DNA from: the human T2T-CHM13v2.0 reference genome, Homo sapiens
Assembly: GCF_009914755.1 (NCBI RefSeq)
Contig: NC_060931.1
Direction: 5' to 3' (one strand)
DNA: 64,000 nucleotides
The position numbers were made by a program, and so were the translations under genes. The notes beneath the pieces were generated by a model. That model was not told the DNA's origin. It saw nothing but the letters and a program-made list of their open reading frames with translations, and searched no databases. Shown here piece by piece: positions 46,347-60,659 of this stretch. Every line of letters starts with the position of its first letter. Position 1 is the stretch's first letter.

Positions 46347-48640
46347 ATCCACCTCTGGGTGCCCTGGCATGATATTTTAAATGTAAGACAGTTGTAGCTT
46401 GAGTGGTGAAGATATTGACTGCAAGGAGAATAATATCATTCCCAAGAAAGTAAGCATTCAGTATGGCAGTTATGTTGTTGGTTATGAACTAATAATTGAG
46501 CAAAGTATATGTAAATATTAGTGGTATTGTGTCTAGCCAAGGGGAAGGAGTGGTTGTGGTTGGAGATGCAAGTCAAGAGGCTGTGGTAGAAAGCTGGATG
46601 GGGTTACAGTAGGAGAAGGCACCACAGAGTAGTCAGTCTTCTCCCCAGGGGGCCAAGGGGTTGTTTAATATGAGATAGGTGCCTCCTGGGGAAAGCAATA
46701 ATCATCATTAATTTAGTAACCTCTATCAGGTTTTCCTTTAGGCATGGAAGTGTAGCGGTGTATTTTAGAAGAGAGCAAGGACTATACCAGGATCACGGGC
46801 TAAGCAGACAGTGAGTTCAGAAAGAACATTTTAAACGTGTCAATTTTGTGCCTTAGGACAGGCAGCCCATGGGTGTTGCTGAGTGGAGACTTTAGTGTAA
46901 GAGGTGAAGTCTCCAGCACAGGGGGCAAAGTCATCTCCAACAATAAGGTCTTGGGATGGTCTTGCAATGTCATCTTAGGCAATGACAGCTGAAGCATTAT
47001 TTTGGGCCCTTGCAAGCTTGTGTGGGATTGTAGGACTGGGGTATCCTTTTAAGTGAGTACCTACTTAAGTTGATGTAGGCCTCTGGATTGCAAATCAGTA
47101 TAAATGCCCAAACCAATAGTGATAAGGCCATCAACAGAATGGTGTGCAGCTGCATCTGACAGGGTGTTTTTTGTTTGTTTGTTTGTTTGTTTGTTTGTTT
47201 TGAGCATGTGGAAGTTTAGATGTAAATGGGTTATCTATCAGATGAGCAAATGCCTGGCCTATAGGAAAATCTATTATTAATGAGTCCCAGGAAAGTATGT
47301 GCCTTCCATCTGGCCTCCAGCCCTTGTGGAATGGGGGCAAGATTGAAAATTTATAAAGATAGGCCAAGACCTGGATAAAATAAACTTTTGGGTGTTGTGA
47401 GGCGAGAGATTCCCAGATTTTTTTCTTTTTTAAATTTTGAAAGGTACAAGTTTTAGGTAATGACCCAAGGGTTTATAACGAAAGTGAAGATGAGACCAGG
47501 ACATCCAGTACTAAGAGAGCTCTCTTAGGTTTGGCTAAATGTGTTTTTTTGGGTCCCATTCTTTATTAGGGACATGACGGCTAAGGGATAGAAAGTGGCA
47601 GTATTCCACTAAGCTCATCACATATGATAGTTAAGAGTGCCACATGCATGCATAGTCTACAAACTCTTGCTACTGTTCACTCAGTTTATCCTAAGGGGCT
47701 TTCCAGATAGTCAAGAGGTCAGGGGGACGAATGACTTTCCCCAGTACTCTGGCATCTGGCAAGAAACTGGGGACAAGGGAAGCCAACTCCTTCAGGTGGA
47801 ATATACCAGAGGCCCCAGGTTTGGTTCCATCCTGTATTGAGGCCTCAGTAGCCATGCTGAGCTTGTGGGGCGCTGTTTCTATAACCTAATGCATAATGAG
47901 CACCTGGGTATAGAGTGTCACAGGCTCGAGGTCAACAAGAATCTGTATTTTTAGTAGAGGGCAGTGGGTAGACAGTCATTTATTGTTTTAATGGTGTATA
48001 CCCTGAGGCCAAAAGAGGCAGATTTTTGCATCAGAGGCTCTAGAGCAACTTATAGCCATCAGAAGTGGTTTGGAGATCTTGGGAAGCATGAGAAGAGGTT
48101 GCCAAAGCCTCAGAATTAATCTGAGGTTCTCAAGTGCAGAGAAGGAGAAGGGAAATTAATGAGGGCATTAATAGGAGTGCCTGCTGATTTTAATTTGTAA
48201 ATGGTAAATACGTTGCCTTCAGAACCCAAAAAGTAAGAAAAGATATTGACTTGTATGTCCTTAAAGAGTGTATCATATGAACCTCATTGGAGGAGGACAG
48301 CATTGACATAATGCTGTAACTGTGCTCCTGGAGATGATGGATGTAATTAAGAACTTGTCTGCAGAGACTGTGCATGATGACCAAACTGTTGAGGCCTACC
48401 CCATGAGTAGCCTGGAAAAGGTATATTGTGTCCCTTTGGCGGTAGAGGCAAACTGCAGCTGAGAGATTGTTGAAGTAGGCACTAAAACATGTTAGCCAGT
48501 CTATGAGAGTAAAATATTTAGAAGTTCCTGATTGAATTGGATGAGCAATTTGAACAATATTGGGTATTGGCTAAAGGGACCTTGATGGATGGGACTATAA
48601 CATTAAGGTTGTGGTAATCCACCATTATTACGTTGGTTTT
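46347..48640 (-). pseudogene. Decayed class-III (ERVL-type) internal region with pol relics
   Basis: Manual minus-strand translation: MVDYHNLN, YFTLID, QFASTAKGTQYTFSRLLMG, NSLVIMHSLC, HYVNAVLL (YIDD site) and VTLYTQVLIMH*V..PHKL...IQDGTKPGASGIFHLKELA. Confidence 0.75.
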
Positions 48641-48644
48641 AAAA

Positions 48645-49300
48645 ATAACAACCATGTGATTCTCAATTGTTTCTTATTGATTTTCTTCTCTCCGGAAACT
48701 TTTACTGTCTTCTTTTTATCTTTGGCAGCCTAATATTTCATCAGGATGTTTCTAGGATTTAAAAAGTATATTATTTACTGTATTCAGCACTCTGTGTGCC
48801 TTCTCTGTGGCCAGAAATTTTTTTTCTCTAATTTTCCTATTAACTTCTTTCACTCCATTTCCTCCATTCACTTTTCTTGGGGTCACTGTTAGTCAAATGG
48901 TAGACCTTCTGATTTCATTTTTGTTTTTTTTTCTTTATTTCATATTTTCTATATCTTTGTCTTCTTGCTTTGTGTTTGGGAACCATTCTCAGCTTTGTTT
49001 TTCAATCCGTCTTACTGAATTGTTTTACTAGAGCAATTACTTTAACTTTTTAAAGTTCTTCCTTGTTCTGTAATTGGTTCCTTAGTATCTTGTTCTTGTT
49101 TTATGGTTGAAATAGCTTCTCAAGTTTCTTGACTTCTTAAGGGCTTCCTCCCCCCATCTTAAGCTCTGTTTTGTTTCTATAACAATTACGTACAAGGTTA
49201 AATAGTCTGGTTTCTTTTCCTTTCATGTAGCTGTGTTTTTCTATATGTCTGGTGATTTTGGTTGTTTATTAATTATTAAGAATGAAGAATTAGGTACTCA
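48645..49300 (-). mobile_element. Old L1M/HAL1-like relic (related piece at ~45360-45510)
   Basis: T-rich; ctttttatctttgg...aatatttcatcaggatgtttctagg...ctgttagtcaaatggtagaccttctg. Confidence 0.5.
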
Positions 49301-49313
49301 GGTCTGACCTGAG

Positions 49314-49314
<1 letters not shown>

Positions 49315-49355
<41 letters not shown>

Positions 49356-49380
49356 TATGTGTGTGTGTGTGTGTTTGTGT
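49315..49380. repeat. (TG)n microsatellite
   Basis: ~65 bp of interrupted TG repeats. Confidence 0.97.
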
Positions 49381-51099
49381 TTGGAGGGGTGTCAGTCAGA
49401 AGGCTTTAAAGTGAAATTCCCAGGAAGGAGCCAGAAAAGCTCTCAAATTTGGGGTTGGGGACAAATCACACTGCCTTCTCTTTACTTACAGGATAGGGCT
49501 AGTTTGAGTCCTGGCTCTGGTTCCTAGCAGCTTTATAACTTTGGGCAAAGTACTGACCTTTCTTACAGTGCAAAACTGTTTTACAGAGCAAGGGCTGCCT
49601 CTTCAACATTCTTATATCTCTCTACTATACCTGACAGGGCTAGATATATAGTACCATCCACCATTCCTCCCTTTGGGTCCCTAGTGTACTCGCTTGCAAA
49701 ACTTATGCCCACATTTCTATTTTCATCTACTCACTTCAGAAAGACCTGTGGGCAGAAATTCTGTATCTCATCAAGTAGTATAATGCTTGACACATATTAG
49801 GAGCTTGACAAATGCTAGTTGAATTGATAAATCTAAATTTCAATAAATACTCATTTCAAAGACGTGAAATTATGGAACTTGAGGGAGCTCAAACTTAAAC
49901 TTTAAAGCTCCTTTAAACTCTTTCTTAAAACTTCAACTACAGTCTACATGTCATGTTGCATTACTTCTGTGGAAGAAGGAAAGATCCATAATGATTAATG
50001 TTGACAAAGGAGTAATGAGCTTAAAAAATTGTTAGCTAATATTTATTCATCATGAGATATTCTCCAAAACCATCTCTAGGTTGGTCAAAATGAAGACTCC
50101 AATGCAATAAAGAAATATAATTTAATTTAGTTACATTCTTTTTCTAGGGTAGACTATGTTTATCTTATGAATAAATGTATTTTGTTAATATCTTTGCTTC
50201 TGCAATTTTGATTTAGTCTTCCAACTGCTGGCCATCCATCATCAGCAATTAAATCAGGCAAAATTCATCACTGAGAAATTATTTACTGAGACTAGACCTA
50301 ATACCGGGCACTTAATTGTAAAAGTACTTCCTCAGGCTTCAGCTATAGGCTGAATTGTTACACTTTCTATAAAGCTGTGTGCTTGTTCTGCTCTTTTTTT
50401 CAGAGTGATTTATGACCCTAACACAATTCAGTTTCAATAACTCAAGTTTCCTAGAACTCCAGTGGGAATAGTGCGAGCCCACCAGCTGCAGATGTCCTGG
50501 TTAAGGCTTTCTTCTCACATTTTAATTCAATTATAACCAGATATTTTCCCCCTTGTTCATTCATGTTTAATCCAATATTCACATATATGAAAAGAAAATT
50601 TGATAAAGTTGTGAATGTGTTATGTTTATATGTAGAACATAGAAATTGAGGTTAAGTTTATTTTAGCTCTAAGAAACTAACAATTTCAATTTTTACATTT
50701 CCATTCCCAACCCTCTGGATCAAGTTCTTATTACATTGTTTGGATTATTACAATATCATCTTAATCAGCTGGTGTGCCTTAGTTTTGTATGACCTGATTG
50801 TTTCTTTACACTACTGTTGTAATTGTAATGGGAACCTATTGGATTGTTTTACTAGAAATATTTTCTTTTTTCTCCTATTTTTATTATTGCAACAGGAGCA
50901 GAGCAAGGGAAGTGTATGCTAAGATTTTTGTTTTTTTGGGGGGGGGGGAAGCCCAAGAAAATCTATTGTAACACTCAATATAGGTTTTAAGTTTCTAACA
51001 GAAGAAAAATTTACCTATTCAATGGAAGGTAGAAAAAAAGAAAAAATTAAACAAAGGAAGTGTGGAAATAGAAAACAGAAAGTAAAAAAGCAGAAATCA

Positions 51100-52110
<1,011 letters not shown>

Positions 52111-52119
52111 GGTTATACA

Positions 52120-52340
52120 CTGCTGTTGGGGTGAAGAAGTTTGGCTGGGGCAACACTAACAGGAAAAAAAGCAGATAGGAAAGAACAAGTCCCTTGTCTT
52201 CCTCCTCCCAGGCCCCCTTTAATATCCCCCAGTGACAGAGTCTAAAAGGAAGCCACTAGGAAAAGGAGAAATGTAATTTTACAAAGAGAGTACAGAGGTT
52301 AACTGGAAGCTGAAAGACCGTACCTTAACAATCAGCATAA
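52120..52340 (-). mobile_element. LTR33-like ERVL LTR fragment
   Basis: ggaaagaacaagtcccttgtcttcctcctccca...gacagagtctaa...aaaggagaaatgta. Confidence 0.5.
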
Positions 52341-52635
52341 CATGGCAGAATACAGGTCTTTTAATAGCTGGGATAATTTTGAAAATGAAGTGTGAAAGTG
52401 AGGGGCATGCTCTCTCATATTTGAAAATATAATATTTAAAAAGTTATTTAAAAAGTTTGGAACTTACATGAGAGTAGAAAAATAGACCAAAGGGGCAGAG
52501 CCCAGAGATAATCCTTACATAATAAATAGTCAATCTTGACATTATAATACACTTGGCCTCACACATCAATCAGGAAATAACTTTAAAAAATCTCACTGCA
52601 ATGGAAAACCAGATTATTTTATGGAAAAGAATATA

Positions 52636-52865
52636 CAGTTGACCTTTGAACAATGAAGGGTTTAAGGGTGTCAACCACCCACTGAGTTGAAAATTCACAT
52701 TTAATTTTTGACTCCCCATAAACTTACCTACTAATAGCCTACTATTGACTGGAAGCCTTCTTGATAACACAGAGTCAATTAACACAGATTTTGTATGTTA
52801 TATGGGTTATACATTATAACAGTATTTGCAAAAATACAGTATGCTAGAGAAAAGAAAATGTTATT
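52636..52865. mobile_element. Tigger2a (MER28/MER8)-like DNA transposon fragment
   Basis: ta|cagttgacctttgaacaa...ctactaatagcctactattgactggaagcctt...gctagagaaaagaaaatgttatt; a related end lies at ~44610-44665. Confidence 0.8.
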
Positions 52866-53222
<357 letters not shown>

Positions 53223-53549
53223 TCAAGATTACATTGCAGGTATTTAAATGCAATGGGAGATTTTTTGACCTGATTTATTACCTTTTTACATCAAGTAAAG
53301 AAAAACAGTTAAATTTACTATCAGCACCTTGCTTCTTGCTTCTGTTGGCTTAGCCAGTCAACATTTGTTGCTACAATAAGCTTTGTTAAGAAATTCCTAT
53401 CAAAATAAGGCCTTTCAGAGCACAGCATCTATTCAAAACTTCTGTAGGTTCAAAGTAGTCTGTTTTTGTTGATTATGCTTAACAATATTTTAATTCCACA
53501 TTTTATCCTAAGAAAAAAAGTCTGTACATAAGTATGTATGTATGTTTGT

Positions 53550-54200
53550 GTGTGACACAATATCTGTAAGACTGACGAAAGCTACAGATTGGAGAATATA
53601 GAGTGTTAGTGAGGATGTGAGGAAACAGGACTCTGCAGGCATTGCTATTGGACATTTAAATGGGCACAGCCTTTCTGAGGCTTGGTGAAATTGTATATAC
53701 AATGACCCTTTGACTCCACAAATCCAAGTCCTCGGTAAATAGGATACGAATTGTGATATTTATTGCAGCATTGCTTATGACAGCAGGGAGTCGGAGGCAA
53801 TGTAGTTATTGATGACGAGGGAAATCATTTGTAAGCTCTGGAAGAAACAACTAGGGAGTTCTCTGCATCAGTGAAAAGTAATAAACTAGATGCACAATGA
53901 GCAGCAACGTGGAGAGGTATTACAAACACTATTGAGGAAAAAAGTAAGGAAGAGAACAGCCTCTATGATATAAAGCATTTATGTAGATCAAGAAAGAACA
54001 ATCTCTACAGTGCAAAAGAAAAGTCTCTACAGTATATTTACAAAATATTAAATTACACACATTAAACAGAGATACCCATATCTAAAATTACATACAGTAT
54101 GCATATTTTTTCAGAGATACATACATTTCCAAAAACATTAACATTGGAGGAACAACCAATGTGGGAGAAGGAAATGGGAACGGGAATGGAGAATGACGTG
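53550..54200 (+). mobile_element. L1ME-like 3' relic
   Basis: gtgaggatgtgaggaaacagga...aaatgggcacagcctttctgag...tttattgcagcattg. Confidence 0.6.
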
Positions 54201-56049
54201 AGAGAAAATAATACGATAAGATACACGTAAGGAACAAAATTGAAAAGTATGCCCTCCAAAAGGACAAATGTGGTAACACAAGCCTCTCTAGGAGAGAGAG
54301 TGAGAAAGAGAGAGAGAGAAAAGAAAAGAAATGAAAAGATATGCCGCTCTCCTGCTCAAAATCTTTGACTCTACTGCACAAACTGCATACAGTGTACACT
54401 TTTTAATCAGCTACTAAAGGCTTTCCGCCATCTGTTCCAAACTTAGTTTTCTATCTTCTCTCTCTATAGTTCCCAGTAAAGCGACTGCTTACTGTTCTGT
54501 GTGTATTGCTTGGCCTTTCTGAGAGAATGTTGCTCACACTAGCTGTCATGTATTGAATATCTATTCTGTGCCTGGAATGGGCCTAGGAGCTTTAACATTC
54601 AGATGTCATTGACTGTCCAAACAATGCAATGTGGGTGGCGTTCCTGCCCCAGTACTAAAGATCCTAAAGTAAATGGAAGCTTTGAGAGCCTGGCTGGAGA
54701 GTCAGAAGGCTTGTATTATTCCTGCCACTAGCATACCTTATTATCCCCCACCCTCCACCCACTCGCCCCTGTGCCATTTCCGTATGTCCAACTCATATCT
54801 ACGCTGCAAAGCCTTCTCAAATGCAAACTCTGCAGTGAAGCCTTTCCTGCTGACTCCAAGCAAGTGTGATTTCACCTTTTGTGAACCCCATATTATTTGT
54901 TACGTATGTAACTCTTTTCTGTACTTGTTTTATTTTGACTTTTAGATTGTAAACTCTTGAGCACACAAACTGTATGTGGTTCATTTTCTTCTTGAGGCCT
55001 TACACATTTTTGCAAGGGAATGTCAAATTTAAGTGAAAAGGGCTTTGGAATTTGGGCATATGTCAATAGAAGCTTTCAGTCTTAGCATTTGAAAGCAGGG
55101 GGCACCCAGGCAGAAAACTGGCGAGTTGGGTAGGTCATTTAGGAACTGTCTGTGGCTACAATTTCAAGTGCACCAGGAAAAATATGTGTGGCCCCATCAG
55201 CTGTCTGATGCAGGATATTTTACTCATAGCCTTAGGTTTCAAAGTTAGAACACAGATTCAAAAACTCATCACCCTTGGCAAAGATAACACATAGCTTTAC
55301 TACGGAGGTGGCAATGAAATGACTGAAAGTCAAGTTTTGAAAATGAACATATGTATGTATGTGTGTGTTTTAGTGCCTTTTGTACATCAAACTGTGGAGA
55401 GGAGAGAGAATGGAAAGGAGGAAGCAGGGTTCCTGTAGGGCAAAATGTATACTTCACCATGGTGGTTAGGGTAGGGCTTGTAAAGGGAGGGTTGAGGTTA
55501 GGGCAAGTTTAGAGTTTCTACAGGCTGAAATGAGAAATTCATAGGCCTCTCTTTAAGAAGCTGGGTAGATTAATATTGGAGTTTCAGCTGGGTCAATGAA
55601 ATATCATTCCTGTCTTTTCCCACATGAATTCAGAACCAACTGAGAAGTGGACATACAGAAATAAGGTAGAGGTTGAAATCATCTATTACTGATAAAAGCT
55701 GAATTGAAGAATGTGGCTTAGATGTGTGCACACCTAACACTCTCTGCCCCTGAATTAGACACATGTCCTTCTGAATGTACCTTCATGGTGATGAAACAAG
55801 TACACATCCTGAAGGCAGGCTGGCTTGGCAAGAGCAGGAGGAAGCCACTGAGCCAAATGTTCCTGTTTATCCTCCCAAACTGGTCAATCAGATACACCAC
55901 TCCCAGATGAAGCAGTGGAGAGAGGAAGTTCCTCCCCATGAAACATGAGTGAGTTGAAAAGGAGATATTTACTTACCCTCCATACCCACAACTAATATCA
56001 GTTAAACAGGAGTTGTCATTTTAACAGAGATAAAATTGAAGAATACAGA

Positions 56050-56488
56050 TGTGATGGTTAATACTGAGTGTCAACTTGATTGGACTGAAGGATGCAAAGT
56101 ATTGATCCTGGGTGTGTCTGTGAGGGTGTTGCCAAAGGAGATTAACATTTGAGTCAGTGGGCTGGGAAAGGCAGACCCACCCTTAATCTGGGTGGGCACA
56201 ATCTTATCAACTGCCAACGTGGCCAGAATAAAAAGTAGGCAAAAGAACGTGAAAAGACTAGACTGGCTTAGCCTACATTTTTTCCTCTGCTGGATGCTTC
56301 CTGCCCTCGAATATCAGACTCCAGGTTCTTCAGCTTTGGGACTCAGATTGGCTTCCTTGCTCCTCAGCTTGCAGACAGCCTATTGTGGGACCTTGTGATC
56401 ATGTGAGTTAATACTCCTTAATAAACTCCCCTTTATGTATACATCTATCCTATGACTTCTGTCCCTCTAGAGAACCCTGACTAATACA
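56050..56488 (+). mobile_element. MLT2A1/A2 (HERV-L) solo LTR
   Basis: TGTGATGGTTAATACTGAGTGTCAACTTGATTGG...CTAGAGAACCCTGACTAATACA; perfect 5-bp TSD acaga. Confidence 0.93.
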
Positions 56489-56529
56489 ACAGATAACCAG
56501 AACTGTTTTTCAGAACCCAACTGAACAGT

Positions 56530-57212
56530 TGTGCTGCTGATCAATTGACTGCACCTCAGCCCAATTTTGCCCTTCATTTTATGCACTGGAGCAGTGCAGC
56601 GGGACCCTGAAAATATTTCTCCTTTGCCAGCTGGCCAGCTGTCAAGCTTTGTCAGAAGAGTGCCCAAGGGATGCTGGAGGAGAAATGACTTTTCTCTTCC
56701 TGGCAGCAGTGTCTTCTTCTGGGCAGGCTGCTGTTGTGGGCTCTTTTTCTGCCATGCCAGGCTACAGCAGCAGCCAGGGGCCAACGTCACCTGGACTTTC
56801 TTTGTGGGTGACTGCCCCTGGCATCTGCACAGGAGGCCTTGCGGCAGAGTGCTGCCAGCCTTGCAACCCCTGTGAACAGCGTTCCCCAATACACCAGCAG
56901 CAAACAAAGCCTCAGCAGACTTCTCTGCCATCCACCGAACCATGGCTGTGCTCTTTCTAATGGGGGACGGATCTCTGGAAGGAGTCTTTCCCAGATCTGT
57001 CTCTTCTTTAAATGCTATGTCTCAGCCCTAAGGGCAGTAGCTGCTCCTACAACTGCTATTCTTATATTCTTGAGCATTCTCTTTACTTCTCACTAGCTAA
57101 TTCTTCCATCCCCTGTTACAGTGAATAATTCTGTGTATTAAATTTTATGTTAAACTTTGCCTGTTCAAATTACTCTGTAGTTTCTGTGTTCTAATTGGAC
57201 CCTGCCTAATAC
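56530..57212 (+). mobile_element. LTR41-like ERVL solo LTR
   Basis: ggaccctgaaaatatttctcctttgccagctggc...aagctttgtcag...; end ctgttcaaattact...ttggaccctgcctaataca. Confidence 0.7.
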
Positions 57213-57728
57213 AGCCATTAATTAGTAATTTTAGCACTACCCCAGTGCATAATAATTATGAAGGAAAACATTACCATTTAATATTTGACTAGCAGGTCAT
57301 TTTTTCATAATAGTTTCTAAACTCTGTGAAAGACAATTCAAAGCAATATTTTCCATGTACATTATACATTAAGTCATTTAATCCCATAAAATAAAGCATT
57401 TCTATAAATTCTCGAAAGGTTGTGAGTATAAAATAGAAATGTGATTTGATAGTGTCTCCAATTTTCAAACACTTCAGTAAAAGACTTTCTGAAAGGTACT
57501 AAATCTATGCCATTAAAACCAGTGACAGACTCAATTTTAATCTGCTTGAAAGATTGCCTGGACAGCCATAAATGGTGTATTTCAAACTGTTGCTATCACC
57601 TTGGGGATCTTTGCCTACCTGTGGCTAAAATCCTCAGCAGAAGCAGGGATAGGCACTGGTGCTAACCAAGACCCTCCTGAACATCCAAATGTTATCGGGA
57701 TAATCTCAGTAGTGCCTGAGCAACTTAC

Positions 57729-57778
57729 TTGGTGACTGGTAGTCTCTAAAATTCAGTTGCATTCTCAGTAATCTTGTT
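57729..57778 (-). other. Candidate 50-nt exon
   Basis: ttctatgcttttttag|AACAAG...CACCAA|gtaagt. Confidence 0.3.
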
Positions 57779-57949
57779 CTAAAAAAGCATAGAATGATCA
57801 TCTATGGCTTCCTAGATTTCATGGATAGGCACTCAAAGACTTTAAAATACTTTAAAAGGCTTTAAAAAAGAACATATATTTGAACATTAGTTTTATTGAT
57901 AGACAATAAGAACCCAAAATCATAACTTAAAGAATGTAATTCTTGTGAA

Positions 57950-58105
57950 TGTCAGCAAGCCAATAGGTCTGGATTCCAGCCTTAATTCACGGACTACAGA
58001 CCTTTCGCTGGTTATTTGATCCTCCCCAGGCCTCACTTACTTACACGTATAAAATGAAGAGGCTGATTTATCAGATTTCTGCTAGTGCTAAAGTTTATGA
58101 TTCTA
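57950..58105 (+). mobile_element. MIR-like relic
   Basis: ggtctggattccagcc...ggcctcac...tataaaatgaagaggct. Confidence 0.5.
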
Positions 58106-59379
58106 TGAAGAGAAGAGCTTTCTCAAGGCTCTTCACATGCCTCCAATTTAGACTCATGTTTTCTCATAATTCTTTCAGTCTCTGTTAGCTAACTTCTAAA
58201 CACATTGCTGACACCACATACTCAAAGCTTACTAATGGATTTTGGCTTAGAGTAGTGACTTGACTATCTTTTTCTTGGTTATATGAATCTCTCTCTCTGA
58301 CCGTAGTTACTTCACGTCATATCTTATCACCCATAAAGCTTACTATTTCTAGGTATGTAACTTCTGCTTTACATTAATCACTTTTCATGTGTGTAGTCTG
58401 GTTTCCCAAAATCAAAGCTCAACATCTTTTTTTTTCTTCATGTTCTAGAGCAGAATGCTATATTCACATAACACATGCTTTATAAATATGTGTTGATTCC
58501 TACATCCTCTTCTACTAAAGATGAATGAAAATAATTAAATGGTGGAAACCAAATCTTTATCTTTCTGAGATGCTTTGCCTAAGGAAAAACAGGAACAGAA
58601 AAAAAGATTGATAATAGTTTTTTTCTAGTAATTTATGTTTTAATTCTAAAAAACTGAAAAATTTAGAACTGAATGAAGTAGAAAAATGTTTTACATTCAT
58701 CCCCATTCTGTTTCCTAGGATTTAACAATTCAGAGCATAATCTCAGAATCTTCTGATAAATATCCCTAGTGCTTCCTGTAACAACATCTGGAAAAGTGTG
58801 AGGTATACTCCATTACCAGAAAGAGGAAGAAAGATAACTCTCTTACTATTCGTCCACTGATAATACAAATAGAATATGGAACAAACAACTACAAAGTAAT
58901 TCTTCATTTTTCTCAAGTTGTTGCCCTTAGTCCATTCAGAGTCTGCCTGCAATGGACTTTGGAAGGCCTTTCTCATTCCAGTTTCTTTCCTTCTCCACTC
59001 CCCACTCCAGATACTTCCCTGTCTGTCCCAGACTATGGAGGACTCCCTCCCTTCTGGAAGGCTCTCAAGGTAATGACACTGGTGCCTGGCTCTCTCCTGG
59101 AAGGTCCTGGGAGGTCCTCCTTGGGGGACCTTTTCGGTTTTTCACAATGGAAGCTTTTACACACCTTTCTCTTGCTCATATTAACCAGCTCTCTAGCATA
59201 GCTTTGAAGTGTCACCATTCTAAATAAGAAAGGATACCTTACCAAAGAAGTGAGAAATGGAAATAGGAGACGAAGAGGAAGAAAATCAGATCTATTGATC
59301 TATCTATCCATCCATCTATTCTATTATCAATTGTAATAATAAATATATAATTCTATAACAAATTCAATATTGTGTAACA

Positions 59380-60460
59380 TAGATACATACATAAAATTAT
59401 ACATAATATACACACATATATAAACATGTTATAGATAGGATTATTCTAAACAAATGTACTAGACATGTTAGTCTACGGCTTGCTTTTTTCACTTAAAACA
59501 TTACTTTTCACTTACTTTTTTTCACTTAAATTATCACGGATATTTTTCTATGGTAATATATATAAAATTACTCAATTTTTAAAAAGCTATATGTACAATA
59601 GCTTATCTAAGCAATCTCCTAAGTATGTATGTTTAGATTAGTTTACACATTTGCTTTGCATATAATGCTGCAATCAAATTGCTGGACTAGATACATGGTC
59701 ATTACACATTACATATTTATACTGTAAACATTTTAGGATAAATACCTAGAAGTAGAATTGTTGGGTTAAACGATATGCACACTTAAACTTTTAGTTGATA
59801 CTGCCTACTTACCCTACAAATCTGGTTGTACCTATTCATATTCTTATCAATAGCATGTGGGAACCCTGTCTCATCATGCCCTTATGAATTCAGGATATTT
59901 TTAATGTTTTGTAAGATACTTACTAATATGATAAGTGAAAAACAGCATCCTCAAGTCTGAAGTTGCATTTCTATCATTTCATGTGATTTTTAACCATTTG
60001 CATTTCTAATTATTTGAAACTGCCTGTTAGTATCTTTTTTTTTTTTTTTTTTTACTGTCCAGTCCATCTATTATTGAAACCATTTTTATTGGAGCTAATC
60101 CTCTATCATATTAATGCAAATATACAGATTTATTTTTTTACTTTTAGCTTTGCCTATTATTATTATTTTAATTATTTATTTATTAATTTTAAATCACTTC
60201 TGGGAGTTAAATTCAACAATATTTTTCTTTTGGATTTGACATGGTATCTCATGGTAAGGAAGACCTTCCTCCAATATATACTAATGTTTATCCATAAGCT
60301 GTTTTTTCTTGTGATTTTTTTATCTACCTGGAAATTATTTTGGAGAAAGATGTGAGAAAATAGAATGTTCTATTTCTTTCTTTTTTCAAACTGGAAAGCC
60401 AGTTTTACCACATCATGTATTTTTATTTTCATTTTTTAACTATCGAGTCTCAGATATGTC
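59380..60460 (-). mobile_element. L1ME-like 3' relic
   Basis: ttgctttttcactta...taggataaatacctagaagtagaattgttgggttaaa...ttgcatttct...acctggaaatt. Confidence 0.7.
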
Positions 60461-60569
60461 CTATCATTTAAAAAATATCTTCCCCTTACCACATTGAACT
60501 AGGTGTTGTTGTTTATTATTTCTTTCTAGAAATACCAAGCCTGTTACTTATTTTTACAAATTCACTTAC

Positions 60570-60659
60570 CTGTTCTGGCATCCCGTAAGCTTGAGGTCAG
60601 ACAATACTCAGTCTTCTTCTGTAAACCCCGTTCTTTGGATTTTTTTGGAATCTTGATCT
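60570..60659 (-). other. Candidate 90-nt exon
   Basis: ctctattgctttcctag|AGATC...AACAG|gtaagt (consensus donor), length divisible by 3. Confidence 0.4.

Noticed and set aside
56467-56960. 158-aa and 102/103-aa ORFs
   Set aside because: They lie within the GC-richer LTR41-like element, are open on both strands and show no recognisable domain
58743-58976. 77-aa minus-strand ORF in unique DNA
   Set aside because: Weak acceptor, no clear donor in compatible phase and no recognisable homology
60014-60355. Hydrophobic 113-aa membrane-protein-like ORF (similarly 48807-49031)
   Set aside because: T-rich antisense strand of old L1 relics gives F/L/I-rich spurious ORFs
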